Shown here in pieces: positions 1 through 12,420 of a stretch of 64,000 nucleotides of DNA. Both the position numbers and the translations under genes were made by a program. Each line of letters begins with the position of its first letter. Position 1 is the stretch's first letter. Location of the stretch: NCBI RefSeq assembly GCF_032191835.1, contig NC_083223.1, positions 220,658,001-220,722,000 of the forward strand. Direction: 5' to 3'. The notes under the pieces were generated by a model. It worked only from the letters and a program-made list of their open reading frames with translations, did no database searches and had not been told where the DNA came from. The stretch is from Heteronotia binoei (taxonomy: Eukaryota).

Positions 1-1084
1 TTTTGGAGGACATTAATTCATAGGGTCACTGTAAGTTGAAAGCAACTTGAAGGCACTTCATACACACACATTAAGAATGCTGCCTTGTATTGTCTCTTTT
101 GCTCTATCAAGCTACAAAAACACTTATTTGTAGGGAACTCCTTTGAACTCAGTTGATATGTAAATAACGCAACCACATGGATGGAAACAGCCTCATGGGT
201 ATTTCCCATTAAATAGGCTTTCACCCATATAACTGGGACTTCTGAATGCCAATGCAGATAAGCAGTTCTCATAAAATTGGGAGACTGTCCAAAAAGCACC
301 AGACAGACAGCTCTGTTTACAGTAAGATGTTTCAGAACATGTAAACGACCCATTTTAAATTAAAAGGTATTTTCTGATCACTGTGTCTGCTTAAATCTTT
401 GGGACTGTATATATTTCTATCCTGTTAAAAGAATTCTAACCCGGAGGGATTAAATCTATGGTCATTCTCATCACTAGAACCATCTCTTGTAAAAGCTTTG
501 TCTCTTATTGTCACCAGCCTTCTGCTGTTGAGTGACAACTTCATTATTCCTGTGGAATGACGCTATCATGGGAGGACATAGGTGGAAGGAGACTATCTTC
601 CAAGTAACCAAATGCAATTTGTCAGATGATTGTGCCTCAAATATATTCCATTTTCAGCACAGCTGTATTTTTTAAAAAAAGAAAAGCTCTTACACCTCTC
701 AGCCTTCCTTCTTGTTGTCTGCAGGCATCTCAGGTGCCAACTGAAGGAAATGTATGTGTGTGTGAACAATTGTATGCTAGTGTTGTACCAGTGTGCTTAC
801 GTTGCACCGGCATTGTGCTGGCATGCTTATGCTACTTCTGGTTAAAATCATAAGTGACATGGAGTGGCTGTAGCATTTCACAAAAACTCTATGACAAAAC
901 TATAGGGTTCCCCCCCACAAATGCTAGCTAGAGCATCCCCTATGTCACTTCACGTTTTAACTGGAAGTGGCATAAGCATGTTGGCACAATGCTGGTATGC
1001 TAGGTTCTGCTCCCCAGTTCTTTTGGAGGGTTAGCGCTGGGGCCAGGCAATCCTACTTACAGTTCACTCCTGTGTGTTGCTATA

Positions 1085-1493
1085 CAGTAGATCCTCACCA
1101 TTTACAAGACTTCTGTTCCTGGGATCACTGTGAATGGTAGACCAGTAGGTCAAAATGGCCTTGGAAAGGACCTCACAACCTTCATGGAGGAAGGTCCGGC
1201 TCAGGAAAGTCATATGCAGTGCAGCAGTGGCAACCAAGCTTGCCTGGCTGGCAGGCGAGGTGGGTGCTGTTTCAAGTCACCTAGCCAGATAGGCAAAATG
1301 GGCATTGTCCTAGTCACTGAGAGTGCATATTGCCTCCCCATGTAGACAGAGTCCTGAGAAGCAGGATGCAGGTCCAGGTTGCTCATTTCTGCTTTCCTTT
1401 TCCCAACGCGCAAAGAGATCACGTGCTCAATACTGGCCACATCCTGCAGACCACAAATCATGTGTCAAATTCATAAATAGAGCGGGTCTACAG
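1085..1493. mobile_element. Probable Tc1/mariner (Tigger/pogo-like) MITE, degenerate
   Basis: TA|CAGTAGATCCTCACCATTTA at 1083-1104 and TAAATAGAGCGGGTCTACAG|TA at 1474-1495 form imperfect TIRs flanked by TA dinucleotides; no coding capacity. Confidence 0.45.
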
Positions 1494-3899
1494 TAATGCC
1501 ATCAGTGGAACTAAAGACTTGAGTTGCAACAGCAAAAACATTATATTCAAGGACTTGCCCTAAATCCTCTCATAATATATTACGTCTTTGCCAATGTTAC
1601 ATTGTAAAGGAGTTCAGAAAAAGTAATTCAAGATCCAGTGATTCTTAAAATGTGCAACAAGGCACTACTAACAGCTGTACTTCCTTTCGTGTCTCCCCCC
1701 GCCATGCAAATACTGATGCTTCTTTGAATGCTTCCCCCTCCTCCCCAAAATAATGCAGTGAAGAAGATTTGAGAGAGGCTTATAGAAGCCATGAGTTTTA
1801 GTTCTGAAATATGAGAGGTGACATAGGATAAGTGTTCTTGTTTAAGAAACAGGAGAATATGAGCAAATATGAAGAAGCCCTGAGGCCAGATAAAGGTAAA
1901 TGAATTAAACAGGAATGACAGACACGAATGAAGGCCTTGTTAATATACCAAGAAATATATTTATCCATGAGTTTCCCCCAGCCTTCAGCATTAGATTGCA
2001 GTGGTTATAATAGGTTCTTGGGGGCAGGATAGATAAAATCCACCCCTACAAATTCATTGTGCTTATAGTTCCCAATATGCAACCTGATATGATTTTTTTA
2101 AAAGGGCAATTGAACAAAACAGACAAGTCCATAAAGAGCCCTTTGCAAAGAATAAAGGTAAATACTTTTACTTCAGTTAACACTGGACAGTATAAGCCTT
2201 TTGAAACAAAATTTGTTTTTCAGTGCTGCCACTTGAAAAGAACTTGTGTGTAACTACCCAACACCAGCTCCCCCATAGTGGAAGAAACCCTATAAGCCTC
2301 CTGAAATTAACTAAGTGTATGTGCCAGGGTATACATGATAAGATGGAAGAACTTACAGTGCAACTGTAAAAAACACTTTCATTGAGACCTATTGAATAGA
2401 GGAGTAGGATTCTGAGCAGACTTACTTTGAATTAGGGATGCTTCAACATCCACTAGTTTGCTTTGCATCCTGCTCACCAGTCACGAGTAGAGACCTGATT
2501 TTTCAACTATTGTGTTTCAGTTCTGTAAAAAACCTAGTGCTAAGGAGTTTGGTAGGCATTTGTGACTGTTCAACATGAAGCAAATTGACTAGGCGATTGA
2601 CACATTTGAAAACACTAAGTTCAGCTGTTGAATATATTCATGACGAAATTCACAGCATCCCTATTTAGCATCTCTCTCTTAGTGGCATACAGTAAGAAAA
2701 AATAACACATTTTAAATAAGATAACTTTTCTTTTTTAACAAATGGGTTTTGAGTTTATTTTCTAAAATAACGGGAGGGTGGGTCTCTTATCTCTGTCTTG
2801 TTACATCTTGATGGTAGCTAATTTTAAGGGTGTGATTGGGTTCCATACTAATAATATTTTCACTGATTCCATAATGGCAGCTGTATTAGTCTGCTGGAGT
2901 AAAGTTAAACAAGAGCACCTGAAAGAATAACAAGATTTTCTGCATAAGTTTTTGTGAATTGGTGATCAGTTGATCAGATGCAAGAAGAAATTATTTCCAT
3001 GAAATTAAAGAAATTATTTAATACAAATTCTTTATCCGAAGTTCAATGTTATATTTTCATTTAATATGTATTATTTGATTTAAGAGCCTCAGTAAATGAA
3101 AATTGTTATACATTGGCTGTATCACTGTGCTACATATAGTGGGAAAAACATTTCCACATTGATGTCTCACCAGTAAAATAAACAGTCTTCTATTCAAAAG
3201 TTGTACTGATGTGCCTGGGGCTGATCACTTCATGTTCTTAATAAAATGAGATGCTGAAAGTGGCCCTTAAAGCATTTGACATCATTGCTTCCACTTCTTT
3301 CTGCCTATTCATACCCTTCTTGTGTGGATGCTAAATTAATGTACTGTATTTGAATTTGTATACAGTGCAGTGAATATTGAACTCTTGAAAGAGAATTACC
3401 CAGGTTAGTATCTTTGAATGTTGCATATTCACCTAAAAAAGCTTTCCCATGGTGAATATAAAGACATTTTCATTGCAATGAAAAGCAGAGAAGAGCCTAC
3501 ATGCATTGACCTATTTAGAATATCAGTACACTTAATTCTCGACATGGCCCTATCTGTGGATATTTAAATCCAGAGATTGGGGCCATGGTCTGACAAAATA
3601 GATCTTTCTAGAACCTGATATAAGCCTCAGGTTCACAGAAAATTCTGAAATCTTAAAAAAGGTGCAGCAGCACCTATAGCTTTAAGAAACAAACAGCCTC
3701 AGTGGCCATTGCTAGGCAATCACAAGTATATTGTTAGAGTTCAAGCCCTGGTTTCTATCAGTAAAAGGCAGGTCGTTTTACTGCTCCTTATACTGTTCAT
3801 GAAAATCCACTGACCCACAGGAACAATATTGGAGATAGGGTTGCCAATCCGCTTTTGGGCAGGAGGAGAAAGCCACACAGCCATCCATGTTAAATCAAC

Positions 3900-5249
3900 C
3901 TCAAATACTTAGAAATTCAATTATTTATATAGCAAATTATTCATAGAAAATACAGTGTATCACAAAATGCAAAGAAAAACTACTCCCGAAACAACCATTC
4001 CTATATTGATATCCGACAGTCTGTCTCTTGAAACTGAAGTCGGGAAGTAGTGTGCAATGCCGTGGAAACAGAGTCCAATGCTCCAATTCTTCTCTGTTAG
4101 CCAATATCTGGATGGAATGCAGCAAGGCAATAAGACGCAACAGGGATGCGCTAAATGCTCTGTTTCACGTGAGGCTTCAACAAGCTGCATAGATAAAAGT
4201 TAAAAATCACTAATACATAAACACTACAATTTCTGAAAATACAATACATAATACTTGTAAATACCTTCAGAAATGACTAAAACAATTCATATTGGAGACC
4301 AACGCTCCGACATTCAACAGACAAATGACGGCAATAGGAAATTGACCATAATGCACTTATAAACCACAGGTGTTGAGAATTTCTTAAGGTCACAGACACA
4401 GAGTTTACAGCGGTATACTTAATACATAGTGAACTACAATTCTTTTGCAAAAAACATAGTGAACTACAATTTAATTTCAAAAAACAATTTAATTACAAAA
4501 AACACAAGTCCCAGTCACTGTTAAGACCATTAGGCATCAGAGAATCCAGTTTAAAAATCCACCGCATTTCCTGCTTAAGCAACCATTTGTTCATGTCAGC
4601 TTTTCCCTGAAGCCAAACAGGAAACTTTTCCTGGTACGTATCCCAAACCTAGACTTAAAACCCGCATCTTAAGATCTGAGAGCAGGTAAGAGGATAAATT
4701 AATTATCAAGTTTGTTTTCTTGCTCTTGGGGGGCGCTTCTGAAAATAAGGAGGGGCCCTAGGTCTTGGATTTCTCAGCTCATACCCTCTTACAGATGTGC
4801 CTTCATCCCCTGAGAAAACAACAGAATCCTCCCCCTTCTGATGTGTCAGGCTCAGACCAACCATCAGCCCAAGTTACACGTTTCTTAGTGGTCTGAGGAG
4901 CCCACCAATTATACACCTAAGACTGCTCATAATCCAAGGTATCTCTTTGGAACTTTTTAACTTTAAGTTCTTTAAATTGATTCTCAAATTGTTTAACCTT
5001 GGCTGTCAAATCTTGCAAACTAGTACCAAAAACATTCTGTGATGCTTTCTCCTTTAAACTAGTTACAATGGTCTCTATTTCCGTTTTAGTTTTAATAACT
5101 TCCGCTACTGATCTTTTGATGATTAATAACATGAGGTCAAGTGAACATTTGTTCAAAACTGTGGCCCATTGTGATCTAAATTCCTCATCCAAAATAGTTC
5201 ACTATGTTTTTTGCAAAAGAATTGTAGTTCACTATGTATTAAGTATACC
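3900..5249 (-). mobile_element. Penelope-like (Neptune-type) retroelement, 5' truncated and internally deleted, with an inverted terminal segment
   Basis: Minus strand gives the N-terminal motif W..VLNKCSLDLMLLII...KFQRDTLDY (4917-5192), the pre-RT motif IINLSSYLLSD..RVLSLGLGYVP (about 4630-4708), and a GIY-YIG-type C-terminus LLKQEMRWIFKLDSLMPNGLNSDWDLCFL* (stop 4493-4495). 5195-5249 is the exact reverse complement of 4412-4466. The left boundary is approximate. Confidence 0.8.
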
Positions 5250-5820
5250 AGAAACAGAACTTTAGGAGCTCAAGAAGGCTCTGGACAGTGGAGGAAAGAG
5301 GAGCATGGAAGTGGCTGAGAACAGGACAGCCTGGGAATGTTCAGAGAGGAGACAGCACTGCTGGAACCACCAGAGTCCCTGACATAGGGAAAACCTGTGG
5401 GCAATAGGCCTGTAAGACCTCGTGCTGTCCAGGAGAAGCTACCAGAAGGAAGGGCAGAAAAAGAGCCCATAGGCAGAAGGGGTGGTATAGCCCAGGGGTT
5501 GGCCAAGCCTGGTGAGTTCCTGAAGGTGTGGGGCAGGCTAGAAAGGTGAAGGACCTCCCAAGCAAAAGGGGTAGCTGAGAGTGACACCTCTCCAAGGCAG
5601 GTATAGTTGCTGGGAGACAGGCTGCACCTAAGATTGCCAATAGTGTATTAAGAAATTCCTGGAGATTTGGAAATGGAACCTGGGGGAGGCGAGGTTTAGG
5701 GATGGGAGGGACCTCAGCAGGGTATAATGCCATAAAGTCCACAGGGGAAAGTCTACGTAGGTTGTAAAGAAGGGGACCCAGTTTGAGGCCATGAGAAGGT
5801 GTGACACAACAATTTACATG

Positions 5821-6190
5821 CAGAGCTGGATTAACAATTAGACCAAGTAGGCACTGGCCTCTGTGCCCCCACGCCTTCAGGGGCACCGGACCAGCTCCCC
5901 CTTGGTTTCCCCCCCGCTTGCAGCCCTTCCAGCCTGCACATGCAGCCAGCAACTGAGCCGTTCTTTGCCCAACTTGCCTGGTATGGCGGCTGCAGGCATT
6001 GTTGCCAAGTTTGCCTCCCTTTGCCTCTCCCCCACAGCTTAGTAAAAAGGGCTTTTAAGAAGGTGCCTGCAGGCTGCAGTGGGGGGCATGGGTGGTGGGG
6101 CGGGTGCTCAGACTCTGAGATAATTTGTGACCCCCCCCCCCACAAGATTTTGACTGCCTAGGGGCTTCCACAGGGTTTAATCTGGCACTG
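5821..6190. mobile_element. hAT-type MITE
   Basis: TIRs CAGAGCTGGATTAA / TTAATCTGGCACTG; 8-bp TSD TTTACATG (5813-5820) / CTTACATG (6191-6198). Confidence 0.8.
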
Positions 6191-6256
6191 CTTACATGCA
6201 ACAGATAGAAATATCATGAACATAATGGTGGCTATGTTTCTTTTTTGATTTTACAG

Positions 6257-6373
6257 CTTACTCTTCACCAAAGTGAAGCTGGAGTTGGTGCATAAAGGAC
6301 CAGAAGAGGCTTTAGTGACCTGCAGGCACATGTTGCATCTGTGGCAGACGCTATATAGTGTTTCACAGCACAG
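6257..6373 (+). CDS. TTC7A: Tetratricopeptide repeat protein 7A, internal coding exon (human exon 16 equivalent, 117 nt)
   Basis: Acceptor ttttttgattttacag|C, donor AG|gtaggc. Encodes [38 protein letters not shown], matching recalled human TTC7[38 protein letters not shown]. Confidence 0.95.
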
Positions 6374-7261
6374 GTAGGCTTTCCTTTAAGTAGAACTGCA
6401 GTTAGGCCTAATTCTTGATGCAGCGGTAAACCTATTATGTGGGCTAAATCACTTCAGGGTATAAATGGGGACTTTCATGACTAAATGGTGGGTCTCATCC
6501 TTGTTGCCAAATATTGTATAGTGGAGTAACAACAAACACCCTTACCTTACTGGTTTATTATTTAATACTGAACTTCAGGGCAGATAACTTGGCTTGCAAA
6601 AAGAAAGGTCCAAGAGTGTCCTGGCCTATTCTGGAACAGTTTGTATAGAACCAGCAGTCCTGCATCATAGTAGCAGGGAAATGAATTGTGTCTCTCCTTT
6701 GGGATTAGTCTCTTAAAGAAGCAGTGTACAACACTAGCAGTCAAGACCCAGAAGTGTTATGGGAATGTTGGGGATGATGCTCTGGTTTTTGAGCAAAACT
6801 CTATGGTAGAATTAGCTTCTACCTAAAAACCAGAGTATTGTCTCTCAATGTTTCCAACATGCCTACATCACTTCCGGGTCATGTAGGAATGTCAGATTAA
6901 TTTCCAACCAGCATTCCTCCCTTTTGAGGGGGTAATTCCTCCCACCAGTCAGCTGCCTGGCAGCACAGAGAAAGGGGCTGAAAGTGAGAGACCTCTGCCC
7001 CCAAGGGGGTGGGTCTGGCATCTCTAGCTGAGAGATTCTGTATTTTAAAGCTCTTTTTCTGGTTTTCTTCTAACTTGAGGACTATTTTACGAATATCAAG
7101 ATAAGTTCCAAACATTGTTTTACACTTTTTTACCCCCTGGCTTGTTTTTATGTTGTGGCTTTTTGTGGCTTGTTTCTCTGCTGTTGTTATATGGTTTTCT
7201 TGCAATGTTTTTACTTTCTTGGCAACCTCAAGCAACTTTCTGGAGAGGCATCATATACTTA

Positions 7262-7498
7262 GGCTGATTCCACACTCATCTTGCTCCAGGGCAGGCTTCT
7301 GTTTCTGGGTGGAGCAAGCTGATGATTTCGCACCAGTTGCTCCACGCCGCCATTTTGTTCAAGGCAAAACCACGATTTGCCACATCGCAGTGTAAACCTG
7401 AAAAAAAAGGTGGTGTGCAGCAACTGGTGCAAAATTGCTAGCTTGCTCCGCCCAGAAACAGAAGCCTGCCCTGGAGCAAGGTGAGTGCGGAATCAGCC
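7262..7498. mobile_element. PIF/Harbinger-type fold-back MITE
   Basis: Termini GGCTGATTCCACAC / GTGCGGAATCAGCC; imperfect inverted arms of roughly 90 bp; 3-bp flanks TTA / CTA. Confidence 0.7.
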
Positions 7499-8795
7499 CT
7501 AAAAAGCAGTTCAACTGCCCTTGTTCATTCCTTGGCAGTATAAGCACCAGCTGTTCTCAATTGACAGAAATGGAGATGCTACTAGAGTCATTGGTGCCAC
7601 CACAAAGATGCCACTGCCATCATTTATTTATTTTTATTTTATTTTATTTTATTCGATTTATATCCCGCCCTACCCCATCATGTATGTGGAACCTCCTATC
7701 TAGGACCCACAAAATCATAGAGCAGGCCCTGCCTCCACATACTGAATCAGGGATGCTTTATTTAAACAAATTATTAGTTCCAGAAGTGCGATCACTTCTG
7801 CAGTGATCATAGGCATGCATGGCCAGGTAGGTTTTTGAATGGATTGGGGGCCTTGTGGCTATTGTGGACTCACCTACAAGGCTGTCTGAGCAAGAGTACT
7901 ACATTAAGGTTAAAGATCATCTTTGGTCATTTTTTTAAAGGAATGAAAAAATGTTAAGCATGTAAAGTTGCAATTCTATACTCACTTAAATGTTTGTAAA
8001 TCCTACAGAGGTCAGGGAGATTTATGAGCATGTAAGTGGGTCCAGGATTCCTGCCTAATTCTATATATAGGTGCATGAGCAAGAGACCTGAAATTTGCAG
8101 AAACTACTGAGCAAATGAAGGCGATGTTACTTTATACCAGTTGGAAACTAGGAGGGGACAGTGTCATATAACCAGCCAACTTTATAGGAACCAGAGCCTG
8201 GGAAATAATACTAGTCAAGCCTCATTTGGAGAATGGCAAGCACAGAATCATATCAGGTCTTCTGGTACAACTCCCAGCTAAGGTACAATGTCCCTTCCAT
8301 CAGAATCCAGCCCATAGACCAGTTGCTGTTAATGATTTCTTTTAAAAGCAACCCATAATGGATGAAACAGAAAATGGGAGTGATTGACGGTCTTTTCTCA
8401 GAATGAGTGCCAGGGTTGTTTATTAAATTGTGAGCAATCACATGCTGAAGAGGAAACTCCTTCCTTCCTTCAAGGTCTTCAAAAGGCACCTTTGCTAAAT
8501 TTGTGTTATGTGTCAATTTAATCAATTAATATGTAGATTAGTTAGAAGCAAACCATTAATTAAAAATATGTAATTACTTGATAACGGTTCTTTGTACATA
8601 CCCTCCCTTATGTTAGATGGGAAATACAGGGATATTGTACTTCATCATAAAAATGTGACTGCACTATATATTTAAGCAACATTTTTGTGTGAAAAACTAT
8701 CCACTCGAACAGTACTTTGACGCTGAAGATGTCTATATGATTCAAGAAAGGCCCTACATATGAACAAATTATCCCAGCTACATGACTCCTGAGGT

Positions 8796-9160
8796 CAGGG
8801 CTGGACCTAAACTGTTTGGCACCTGAGCCAAGGCTAACAACTTGCATTACCCCTCCCTTCACACTGATAACCAATTATAACCTATGGGCCTATAGGATAG
8901 AATGAAGTCCAGTCTATCCTGTTGGCCCATAGGACAGAAGGGAGAAATTGGGCTGCTGCTATGGCACAACCCCAGAGAAGGGGTTTAAATTTTAAAACCC
9001 CTTCTTTAGTGTAGTGCCGTAGTGGTGGCCCAGTCTCTCCATTGTGTCCTGTGGGCCCATAGGGTAGAATGGAATTTAAAGTTTTAAAGTTTAAAACCCC
9101 TTCTCTAGCAGCAGCCCAATCTCTCCCTTCTGCACTATGGGTCCATAGGATAGAATGGAG
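8796..9160. mobile_element. hAT-like non-autonomous element fragment built from mirrored ~50-bp modules
   Basis: Starts CAGGGCTGGACCTA. Module TCTATCCT..GCCCATAGGACAGAAGGGAGAAATTGGGCTGCTGCTA at 8913-8961 is inverted at about 9020-9072 and 9106-9158. Central hairpin AGAAGGGGTTT...AAACCCCTTCT at 8976-9005. Confidence 0.5.
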
Positions 9161-9614
9161 ACATCAGGCTTCCACTGCAGCCTGACCCAGATAAAGGGTT
9201 GCCCTGCCAGTCCACGTCTCTTGGAGACTCCAAGAGGCATGGAGGGGGAGATATTTTTCCAGCTTTTGCACCCCAAACTATAGTCAGCACACTATTGACC
9301 AGCAGAGACAAGGCAAGAATGGCAAAGGGAGAATGCTCTAAGAGCTTAATCATTTCCTCTTGCTTCTTGAATATGTTTACAGTAACAGCATCAGTTGCAG
9401 GCATATGTCAAAGTAAACCTCAGCATCAAGATCACTGTGGCTCTTGATCTGCAGCGAGAAGGCAGCTTTCCAAAGAAGAATGTAGGACAAATTTAATGAA
9501 TGGTTTCCCTCTTGTTTTTGCCATCCTGTAAGACACTTTTCCTTTTAGTTGTGAACATCATAATGATGAAACATTTCTGGACATTTGCACAGCCGGCAAA
9601 GAAGAATCTTGGTT

Positions 9615-9930
9615 GGAGTCTCCAGTGTGGTGCCCATAGGCACCATGGTACCTACCAACACTTTTCCTGGTACTTTTAGAAAGTGGGAGGTGCTAGCTGG
9701 AGCTTTTGCTCAGCAGGACTTCTGATTGGCTGTGCAGATTAAAAGGCATCCTGTTAAACAGAATTTGTGCCTGAAATGTTGTATAGTTACTGTTAGAAAT
9801 ATACATAACCACATTCCCAGCAATTCTGTGGTTGGCTCTGCCTCTTGTGACAAACATTTCGTGGTTGTTCTCACCACGCTATGTCAGAACTCCAACGGTG
9901 CCCACATGGTCAAAAAGGTTGGCGATACCT
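9615..9930 (+). mobile_element. Degenerate hAT-type MITE
   Basis: Right end AAAAAGGTTGGCGATACCT resembles the common AAAAAGGTTGGGGACCCCTG terminus; the left end is degenerate and no TSD was confirmed. Confidence 0.35.
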
Positions 9931-10504
9931 AGGCTAGGTTATATGGAGGTATTATAAAGCTGATGTATGGTGACAGAACAGCCAATGATAAAAACAGGTC
10001 CAGACTGATATTTTTTCAAAAATAACAAAAATTTGTATGAGAATACAATGATCCACAATTATAGATATAGATTCAATTATTTTCTATTAGACAATAAATT
10101 CTCACAACCAAATCTGTTTTCATGCTAGTTTAGCATAATATGTTATAGCATACCAAGAATTCATATGTGCAGATTCCATCCTAGAATTTCAGTACGTTAT
10201 AAATATAGACCACAGAATTTATTTGCTCCAGAATCCATCACTCTTTGTACTCAAGTATTATATGTTAGTTTAACATTACAATTATTTTCTAAATCTTATC
10301 AAACCATTCTGATATTGTTGGTGGGTTTTTTTATTTTTTTCCAAATCTCTGCTTTATTATAGAATGGTTGTGTCATAGTAGCTCAGAGGTCCCCAGTTCA
10401 AATCCTTATTCTCCAAACAGTGGCTTTAGGCTAGCTTCTCTCTCTCCTTCCCTCTCCTCCCTTCCTATTTGCATTATAGGGACAATCATACTAACCTACC
10501 TTAT

Positions 10505-10870
10505 GGAGCCCCATGGCACAGAGTAGTAAGATGCAGTACTGCAGTCCAAACTCTGCATATGACCTGAGTTTGATCCCAGCAGAAGTTGGGTTCAGGTAGC
10601 CAGCTCAAGGTTAACTCAGCCTTCCATCCTTCCAAGGTCAGTAAAATGGGTACCCAGCTTGCTTGGGGGTAAAGTGTAGATGACTGGGGAAGGCAGTGGC
10701 AAACCACCCCATGGCAAAAGTCTGCCAAGAAAATGTCATGATGTGACATCACCCCACAGAGTCAATTCTATCCTATTAGCCCATAGGACAGAAGGGAGAA
10801 ATTGGGCTGCTGCTATGGTTGGTAATGACTCGATGCTTGTATAGGGGACTGCCTTTACCTTTTTACCTTA
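10505..10870 (+). mobile_element. Sauria SINE (tRNA-derived) with a 52-bp foreign insertion
   Basis: Head GGAGCCCCATGGCACAGAGTAG, body ...GGCAAACCACCCC..., tail GGGGACTGCCTTTACCTTTTTACCTT; TACCTTATGGA repeated at both ends; extra sequence at 10767-10818. Confidence 0.9.
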
Positions 10871-11017
10871 TGGAACTGTTGTAAATATTTAAGAGGTAAT
10901 GTATGTTAATTTCTCAGACAACTGATAGTTCAAATGCTAAACTGGGCTATTTTTCTTTCTTGGGGGCAAGGGCTGGCTTCCCTGTTAAACAGTTAAATAT
11001 TGGATGTATACTGCTAA

Positions 11018-12420
11018 GGAAAGCAAAGGTTCCCTGTGCAAGCACCAGTCGTTTCCGACTCGGGGGTGACGTTGCTTTCACAACGTTTTCACGGCAGACT
11101 TCTTATGGGGTAGTTTGCCATTGCCTTCCCCAGTCATCTACACTTTCCCCTCAGCAAGCTGGGTACTCATTTTACCAACCTTGGAAGAATGGGAGGCTGA
11201 GTCAACTTCAAGCCGGCTACCTGAAAACCCAGTTTTCACCAGGGATCGAACTCAGGTCATGAGCAGAGCTTAGGACTGCAGTGTGGACAAAGGAGACCCA
11301 ATAGATGTTGTTTACCTTGACTTCCAGAAAGCTTTTGATAAAGTTCCTCATCAAAGGCTCCTTAGAAAGCTCGAGAGTCATGGAGTTAAGTAAAAGGACA
11401 GGTCCTCTTGTGGATCAAAAACTGGCTAATTAATAGGAAGCAGAGAGTGGGTATAAATGGGCAGTCTTCGCAGTGGAGGACGGTAAGCAGTGGGGTGCCG
11501 CAGGGCTCAGTACTGGGTCCCATGCTCTTTAACTTGTTTATTAATGATTTGGAGTTGGGAGTGAGCAGTGAAGTGGCCAAGTTTGCAGATGACACTAAAT
11601 TGTTCAGGGTGGTGAGAACCAGAGAGAATTGTGAGGCACTCCAAAGGGATCTGTTGAGGCTGGGTGAGTGGGCGTCAACGTGGCAGATGAGGTTTAATGT
11701 GGCCAAGTGCAAAGTAATGCACATTGGGGCCAAGAATCCCAGCTACAAATACAAGTTGATGGGGTGTGAACTGGCAGAGACTGACCAAGAGAGAGATCTT
11801 GGGGTCGTGGTAGATAACTCACTGAAAATGTCAAGACAGTGAGCAATTGCAATAAAAAAGGCCAACACCATGCTGGGAATTATTAGAAAGGGAATTGAAA
11901 ACAAATCAGCCAGTATCATAATGTCCCTGTATAAATCGATGGTGTGGTCTCATTTGGAATACTGTGTGCAGTTCTGGTCACCATACCTCAAAAAGGATAT
12001 TATAGCATTGGAAAAAGGGCAACTAGAATGATTAAAGGGTTGGAACACTTTTCCTATGAAGAAAGGTTGAAACGCTTGGGACTCTTTAGCTTGGAGAAAC
12101 GTCAACTGCGGGGTGACATGATAGGGGTTTACAAGATTATGCATGGGATGGAAAAAGTAGAGAAAGAAGTACTTTTCTCCCTTTCTCACAATACAAGAAC
12201 TCGTGGGCATTCGATGAAATTGCTGAGCAGTCAGGTTAAAACGGATAAAAGGAGGTACTTCTTCACCCAAAGGGTGATTAACATGTGGAATTCACTGCCA
12301 CAGGAGGTGGTGGCGACTGCAAGCATAGACAGCTCCAAGAGGGGGTTAGATAAAAATATGGCGCAGAGGTCCATCAGTGGCTATTAGCCACAGTGTGTAT
12401 ATATATGGCCACGGGGTTCG
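11018..12420 (-). mobile_element. Sauria SINE split by a CR1 insertion (pieces 11018-11282 and about 12409-12420)
   Basis: Reverse-complement Sauria body at 11018-11282; the head remnant GCCACGGGGTTC follows the CR1. TSD TATACTGCTAA at 11007-11017 and 12422-12432 brackets the composite. Confidence 0.85.
11282..12408 (+). mobile_element. CR1 LINE, 5'-truncated ORF2 (RT C-half) with frameshifts and stops
   Basis: Encodes [48 protein letters not shown] and KRLGLFSLEKRQLRGDMI; 3' end GGCTATTAGCCACAG. Confidence 0.95.

Noticed and set aside
8250-8560. Possible conserved non-coding elements (also about 22880-23150)
   Set aside because: They look unique and motif-rich, but conservation cannot be judged without alignments.
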